Below are positions 33,600 to 40,053 of a DNA stretch of 40,053 nucleotides, piece after piece (positions within the stretch are counted from its first letter, which is position 1; each line of letters begins with the position of its first letter). The notes below the pieces were generated by a model. The model had not been told where the DNA came from, ran no database searches, and worked only from the letters and a program-made list of their open reading frames with translations. Both the position numbers and the translations under genes were made by a program. Origin of the DNA: Octopus sinensis (taxonomy: Eukaryota); NCBI RefSeq assembly GCF_006345805.1, contig NW_021835231.1, positions 1-40,053 on the forward strand, given 5' to 3'.

Positions 33600-34420
33600 C
33601 TGTAAAATGGAAAAAACAATTTAAACGATGTACTTTTACAATTTTTGGAATTATTGAAAAGTAAAGCTCGGAGAGGAAAACTGTCCCAGCCATTATGCCG
33701 TCAGGAAGTTAGTTTATAATTATGACAAGTATCCGGGTCCCGTGAACAATGTGTTGGTTAAGAACGATTAGCTGAGTGATGGCTTTGAATAACATTTTAG
33801 AAAGCTGATGATGTTGTATTGGACACACAGATGGACTGCTGTCTTGTGTCAAAAATACAAATAATGCACCGAGATATTTAGAATTTACATCCAGAGCATT
33901 CGATTCAGTTTACGGAATTAAACTCGTGAAAATACAACATTTTTAAATCAGGACGAAATGAGTATCATCTTAAAGCTCCTTCAAGACACTCAATTAGTAA
34001 TCAATCTTGGCAAAACTGTGTCAAACTTTTTTTAAACATATTACAGTGTGACTCGCTGTCCCTAATTTTGTTTATCGTCTACCTAAAAGCAGCACTTAGA
34101 GATTTAGATCTTTTGTAGTAAATACACCGAAATAATATATGCCGATTATGCTGACTTCGTCTTTGACAATGCTGAAATCCTTTAGCACATTATCGAAACA
34201 CTACCAAAAATATTTTCCAAATGGTTTTTATAGTCAATCATAACAAAACGGAATACACGAAAATTTTTCGAGCTAAACGCACCTATGATAAAACTTGGAA
34301 AAGGCATAAAAAGTTGAATCACAGCTGGATGACTCTGAAGATGTCACTCATAGAATGATACTATCGATCACGGCGTATAATACTCGTAAATATCTGGCAT
34401 CTAGAAATCAAAAATTATAT
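33600..34420 (+). mobile_element. Decayed RTE-like LINE RT fragment
   Basis: Fragments resembling ADVVWTHRW, SAFDSV, DSLSLILFIVYLKAALRDL and IIYADYADF (YADD-like). Confidence 0.7.
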
Positions 34421-34559
34421 TAAAAATGTCAGAATTGAACTGAAAATGGTATATCTTGTATTTTTTAATTATCTGTCTTTCAGATAATTTGTTGTTCAAT
34501 ATCAATTTATTATTATGGCACTTTCACGAAAACCATTATGTTTATAGGCCAACACTCAA

Positions 34560-35790
34560 AAAAACAATCTTTAGATTTAGTTTTTTTTCATCTTCTTCTG
34601 TCGAGTGCGAGTGATCTCAATTCATTCAGATTGTCCCCTGTTTTTAGATTTTTTCACAGGATTTAGGTCCTTGTTTAAGGCAGTTATAAATGTCGATTTA
34701 AATCGTCCGTGGAAGGGTTTGTCGCAACTGTCAAAGTAATTTTTTATCGCTTTGTTAGCTGGTGCGTCCGGGTTCATTCTTAGTACATGTCTAAATTACC
34801 TCCACCACCAATCTATCACATTCTCGAACACATAATTGTAGATACTATTGATTAATATTCTACTTGGCCAATCTATTAAAGTAAGCTTCTTAGTTATTTT
34901 TAAGGAACGAATCTAGTTTCAATAGTTTGTTGAAGAGACTTCCTTATATCTCAGCGTTGTAAACCTGCATCTCATGTCAATTCTAAGTCTTTTGGTTCTT
35001 ATCCATCTTTTTCTTTAGTGTGACCATTGCTTCATTTGCTAGTGTTTTCCTCTTTAATACATCTTCAGCGTTTTATATTAAAGAGACGAGTTTATTAGTA
35101 CGTCTCCATCTTACATGAGTGATACCGTCTTCTCTTTTGATTTCCGTAATTTCAGTTTTGATTACATTTACACAGAGAAATCATTTCTCAAACTCCACTG
35201 GTGCATTTTCTAGTAGATGTTTGAGTGCGGTCAAATCCCGAGATACAAAATCCATAATATGTCTCTTCTATGTCTTCTATATAGCATTTACGGAAGTCGA
35301 AGAGTGGAGATTCAAGGTATATGGTGAATAGTAAATGGGAAAGGGAATCACTCTTTGGTGTCCCTATTGTTTCGAAACTGCAGGAAGTTGCTCCTTCTGT
35401 CCTCACAGATAGTCTTTTGTTTACAAATAATAGTTTTATTGTCCTAACCACGATTCATCCAATATTTGATCAGGAATATTCATTAATTTCTGCCAGTTTA
35501 TTGAGTCGAAAGCTCTGGAAGAATCTATTCCCAACATTGTCGTTGCTCTCTTGAATCTTTTGTGGCTCCATACAATGTCTGCCGTAGACCTCTCTTTTCG
35601 AAACCCTTTTGACTTGCTGGTAGGTATAGATCCGCCACACCCTCCATTCGAGTTAATGCAATGCTTGCCAGCACCTTACGTATCGAATTCAGAAGTATTA
35701 TCGTGGAGAGATTTTCTACCAAAATCCGACGGTTCTCCACCTCTGGGATCTGCCCTAATTCGGTCGGACTGTAGATAGTCTAAGAAGTAT
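34560..35790 (-). mobile_element. 5'-truncated RTE-like LINE (RT core to 3' end), decayed
   Basis: NLSTIILLNSIRKVLA..SQKGF, GTPKSDSLSHLLFTIYLE and HVLRMNPDAPANKAI..ALNKDL. Many stops. Confidence 0.82.
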
Positions 35791-36313
35791 GAAAGTTTGT
35801 TATTTTTATTATTAATGAATTAATAGGAATTCTAAAGCTCAAAATTCGAATAATTAAATATTAGTTTGTAGCCAAATTCTATCTCCTTCTCCACTTTGTT
35901 TTGTTGAACTTTTTCCTGTTAAAAATCGTTTAGACTAATTAATTCCATTCATTAGCTTTTAATCCCCTTTTGATTGCAATAAAATTTTCAAGTGAAATTC
36001 AAGAATTTAATATTATTCAAATATTATTTGTTAGATCCCTGTTTTTTCACGTCAGTCACATACATAATCAATATGATCATGAACAAAAATTTTATTTACT
36101 TATTTGTTTTTATTAATAGTGAACAATTTTTTAGACCAATTCCCGTCAAATATATTTATTTTTTTGCCTATTGATACGTGTACGTGTTATTCTAGTCTAC
36201 TGCAGTAAAAGGTATAATAAACTAAAAATAGCGATTCTAAGAAAAAGACTAATCAGTTTTTATTATCTAAATAACACTTTCATTGAGATAAAATTCAAAT
36301 AAAATCGCACAGT

Positions 36314-38301
36314 TTAATTTGTATCGACCTCTCTACCGTGGTAAGATTTTTTCCGTTTTTTAGCATTCTGTATATGTCGAAACTTCTTAGGATCAAAGCC
36401 ATAAGCAAATAGACGGTCATCATTCAACCCACCATTATTACTGATCTTTCTTTTTGTTTTCATATTCTTTTCAGCATTATTTGACTCATTCTTGACCAGA
36501 GAAGCATCAATAGTGGAATCATGTTGGCCATTTCCAACAGCATCATCAACTTCTTGATTCTGTTCAATCCCTTTCAATGACTTAAATATATGTCGCTTCA
36601 GCTTATGTTTTTTCCGTCGTTTCTCGTACATCTTCTTATCATTATACTCCTCTTCATCAGTCCTATACTGAACCATCTTCTTTAAGGAAACCCACTGATT
36701 CAACTCTTTATAATCCGCATTGAGAATTTCTTCGAGTGATAGACCGAAATCACATTCCGAAACATTTCTATAAGAAAATCTATTTGGAGGTGGAGGAATT
36801 ATATCCTCAGGGACCATCATTCGAGTTTTAACAGCTTCTCTACGAAGTGCCCGTTTGCTCTGTAAATTTTCTAACGCTTCATCTTCAGAAGAAGAAAATT
36901 TTGGTTTTTTTTCTTTGAAAGGAATATTATAGAAATTATCACCAAAAATTTCCTAAAATTAGTAAAATGAAACCAAACATTCATTTGTTGGTCATGTTCT
37001 TCTGGATCAAAATCTCCAAACACATGACTCGTGTCAAAATTCTGATTTCCACTGAGAGACCTTAATTTGGATACTTTCGCAGCTTCTTCTTTCCGCTGAA
37101 GACTTCTGAGTCGTTTTAATTCTTCTCTTTTCTTATTTTCCCTTGTTTCTTTCCTCTCCTTTGCTTTCAAACGGGCTTCACTTCGACGGTGATCCACAGG
37201 ACGGACAGAATCGGTGATTTTCCGTGGATAAGATTTAATCTGTAAAAGAAATTAATATCATAAATTAAAACTAGTCACAAAATATTCACTTAATCTAGCC
37301 GCTAATAAACATAACGACAATCATAGAATAGAACGCGCAAAAAAGTATACCTGACAACCGTCTGGTTCTTCAAACCTGAAGTTATAATTTTTCTCGAATT
37401 CATCTTGCTTATCCTCCTCAGCGGAATCAGAGTCAGAAGAATTTAGTTTATATTCAGTATCATTGTCATCCTCATCCACGAGATACTTTCGATTAAGCAA
37501 ATAATCTCTCAAAAATTTATCATTTTCAGATATTTTTTCGGACTGCCAATAGTCTCTTAAGGATTCCTACAGTAAACACACTGAGAAAACCAGCTGACTG
37601 AATTTTCGAGAACAATCTGGACGCTCCGATTTTAGAAATTTTATATATTCTTCGTCATCTTTATTCTAATTTCTTTACTCAAAAATTAAACACGGTTTTA
37701 TCTTGATTTGGCTCTTTTTTGGTCAAAAAATCATCGTCGCTATCATCGACAAATTGTTTAATACTAAAAACAATATTATTAATTTATAGACTTTTCCTTT
37801 AGTTTATTTTGTTCGTCAACATAGGATCCAGGCACTATTTCCGTCATGTAAGCATCTTGAGGTTCTTCTCCCTTCAAAATACGCCTTCTTTCGTAATCTT
37901 TGAAAAGCAGGGGCTTTTCACGTTTTTTGGTGGGTTTATGTTCATTTCCTTCACTTTTTTGTTTTTCTATGTTAAAAATTAGTTAAAAAATAAATTACCG
38001 AAAAACTTAAGGTCTTTGTTGTAGAGTTCTGCTGTGGAAAACTTGGCAGTTGCATAAAGTCTCATCCATTCCTCGTCAACTTGTGGAGTCAATTGTGTGG
38101 CACAGTCATCTTCTGTTTCAGAGGATGTTTCATTTTCTGAAGGATTGCCGTAACGATCTTTTACTAGGAGTTTAATTTATGCTTTTATTTTTTACATTTC
38201 TGAAGTTCTTCCTTTTCTCTCCATTGATTGTAATTACTAGCGTATGATTCGTTTATATTTAAGTCTTCTTCATCAGAAATATCGAGATCGAGTTTACCCA
38301 T
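36314..38301 (-). CDS. KRI1: Protein KRI1 homolog (40S biogenesis)
   Basis: MGKLDLDISDEEDLNINESYASNYNQWREKEELQK|LKDRYG, YNFRFEEPD, IKSYPRKI.DSVR, KREELKRLRSL and EDII..RFSYRNV..DFGLSLEEILNAD.KELNQWVSLKK. Confidence 0.93.
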
Positions 38302-38939
38302 TCAATACCACAACATGGAATCTGTTTGAAAATTTTATTGGTAGTCAAATAAAAGTGAAATCATTGTAAATATTTTTAATTTATTACAAACATAACTTGA
38401 AAATATTTGAAATTAAAAGAAAATTTAAAGATACGCCTAATAAACTACCCTCTATGATTATGTAAACTTTTTGTCATATATTTTATCTTAATTACTTTTT
38501 TAGGATAATTAAAAATTTTAAAACATTGAAATAGCCAACCATTCGGAATTTTTAAATAAATAAAAAATAGTAAAAGAAATGACAATTTGCAGACAATTTC
38601 ATTGAACACAAAATAATGAAAAGGTATAATTTTAAAAATACCTGAAATTTTTTTTCTAATATTTATAAAATATTCAAAAAATTTTGAGAAATTCAGCAAT
38701 GTTTTAATCCAATCGTATTTATTTTGAAAAAATACTAATTTCTGCAATCAATTTTTTATTTAGTGTTAGGATTTCATTTATTCCAATTCCGTAAATTTTA
38801 AATCAACTAATCTACTTAACCTGTTTTACATGTGTTTTTGGCTTTAAAATTTCTAATCGAATTGTATACGTCATCTAATTAGAAATTCAATAAGTTTAAC
38901 TTTTTCCACTAACAGGAAATCAAAGTAATTCGGTTTTCC

Positions 38940-39797
38940 TTGTGCCACGATTAGTATTCTTCCACACGTGCGTTTCTATGCCCCCTCCATTATTTTCTAT
39001 TGTTTGTAGATTGTTTGTAGTGAATCGAGAACTTTGCCATTTTTGTTTATTCCCGCTATGTCTTCGTTTAATCTGATAGGCAGAGTGGCTCTAGGCCTTC
39101 CACGGAATCTCATTGGTTGAAGTAGTGACGTTCTTCTTTTGCACGAATTTCTTTCCCACGCTTGGTATCCGCTAATCCGTTCTCAAATTATTATTAGTAT
39201 TGATAAGCATGTCGTCAAAACAACTTTCTCAATAGTTCCCTCAGAAGCTCCAAATCGTCTGCTGATATTCAGCCCTTTTCCAATCAAAACGCAAAATCTT
39301 TAATAGTTCTAGAAAGAATTCCTTATTCCTTTTCCGTTTTATGTATGGGGAATTTTTCGATTTTGATGTTAACTCTAAAGTGTTCCTCAAAAATTTTGTT
39401 CAGAATATGATTAATGAGTTTATGAAACTCTTCAGGGACGTATTTCATGAGTTCTGTAGTAACAGTGTCTGGGTCCGGTGCTTTTGAGTTGTTTAGTCTG
39501 GTTACAGCCTTCATAACTTCCAATAAAGTTATTTCTGGTGACAGTTTTCTCGGAACTCCATCGACTGGATGGACAGTTTCCTCTTCCAAAATTGAAGTAT
39601 TTTTCGAAGTGATTAGGTATGAGTTTGTTCCTGTTTGTTGTATATATTTCTTCCGAGTTTTTCATAAATTGTTAGGTTTTTGGATTTCTTCATTCTCGCT
39701 AGAATCTTTACCGATGCATATATTTGCGCTCCGTGCTTGTACTTTTTTACTTCTTTTGCAAGGTTTTGTAGCTCTGTTTCGTGGTTTTTCTGACACT
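38940..39797 (-). mobile_element. RTE-like LINE fragment with the RT core deleted
   Basis: EITLLEVMKAVTRLNNSKAPDPD.VTTELMKY..NKIFEEH is joined directly to the 3' motif RGRPRATLPIRLNEDI. Confidence 0.8.
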
Positions 39798-40053
39798 TCT
39801 TAATAATAAAATGGTATGGTGTGTGTCTGTCTGTCTGTCTGTCTGTGTGTCTGTCTGTGTGTCTGTCTGTCTGTCTGTCTGTGTGTGCACACCAACTTCA
39901 AATTGGCAATACGATGTCCTCGACTTACATGATGAGGTCCTTAAAACCTTCCCCCCAAAAAAAATTAAAAAAAATTTTTCTGCGTTTTGGTCAAAATGAA
40001 CAACTACGATGTCCTCGACTTACATGATGAGGTCCTTAAAACCTTCCCCCAAA
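39798..40053 (+). mobile_element. 5' end of a second Helitron copy with expanded (GTCT/GTGT)n tract and a 95-bp-period internal repeat; runs off the window
   Basis: TCTTAATAATAAAATGGTATGGTGTGTGTCTGTCTG matches 21183 onward. TACGATGTCCTCGACTTACATGATGAGGTCCTTAAAACCTTCCCCC occurs at 39910 and 40005. Confidence 0.82.

Noticed and set aside
33600-39797. One LINE split by KRI1, or a functional inverted-repeat structure
   Set aside because: The 34560 and 38940 fragments each carry their own 3' end, and the opposite-strand fragments are too diverged to pair. These are independent old copies.
39818-39890. Telomeric or functional simple repeat; ORFs MCLSVCLSV../MVWCVSVCL..
   Set aside because: This is the (GTCT)n tract of the Helitron 5' end, and the ORFs are microsatellite translation artefacts.
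1-40053. Alternative genetic code (as in short-intron ciliates)
   Set aside because: Host exons translate without internal stops under the standard code. In-frame stops occur only in introns and decayed TEs.

Overview
AT-rich eukaryotic (animal) DNA, not prokaryotic. Eight recognisable host genes sit among many decayed transposable elements: RPLP2, ACY1, a long-ankyrin TRPV-type channel, RPL7L1, AMDHD2, an R7-family DEP/RGS protein, a 5'-truncated CWC15 and KRI1. Almost every intron I could place is only 22-35 nt, so the ORF track fragments the genes. A TRPV channel and an R7-RGS together with such introns best fit a dicyemid mesozoan or similarly compacted parasite (inference). Mobile elements include RLE-type and RTE-type LINEs, a tRNA-headed SINE, Tc1/IS630, pogo/Tigger, hAT (three with TIRs and TSDs, one nested in another), Merlin and a (GTCT)n Helitron. 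Best leads: (1) an unannotated small secreted-protein gene built from symmetric phase-1 micro-exons (about 9850-10231, minus), resembling schistosome micro-exon genes; (2) a Merlin transposase with two host-sized micro-introns that abuts and decapitates CWC15; (3) an intron-retaining ACY1 fragment copied 2 kb away between 17-bp direct repeats; (4) a TRPV channel with about 18 ankyrin repeats and a GC-AG intron; (5) an RPLP2 lacking the near-universal C-terminal motif. Family assignments come from manual translation and remembered motifs; no searches were run.
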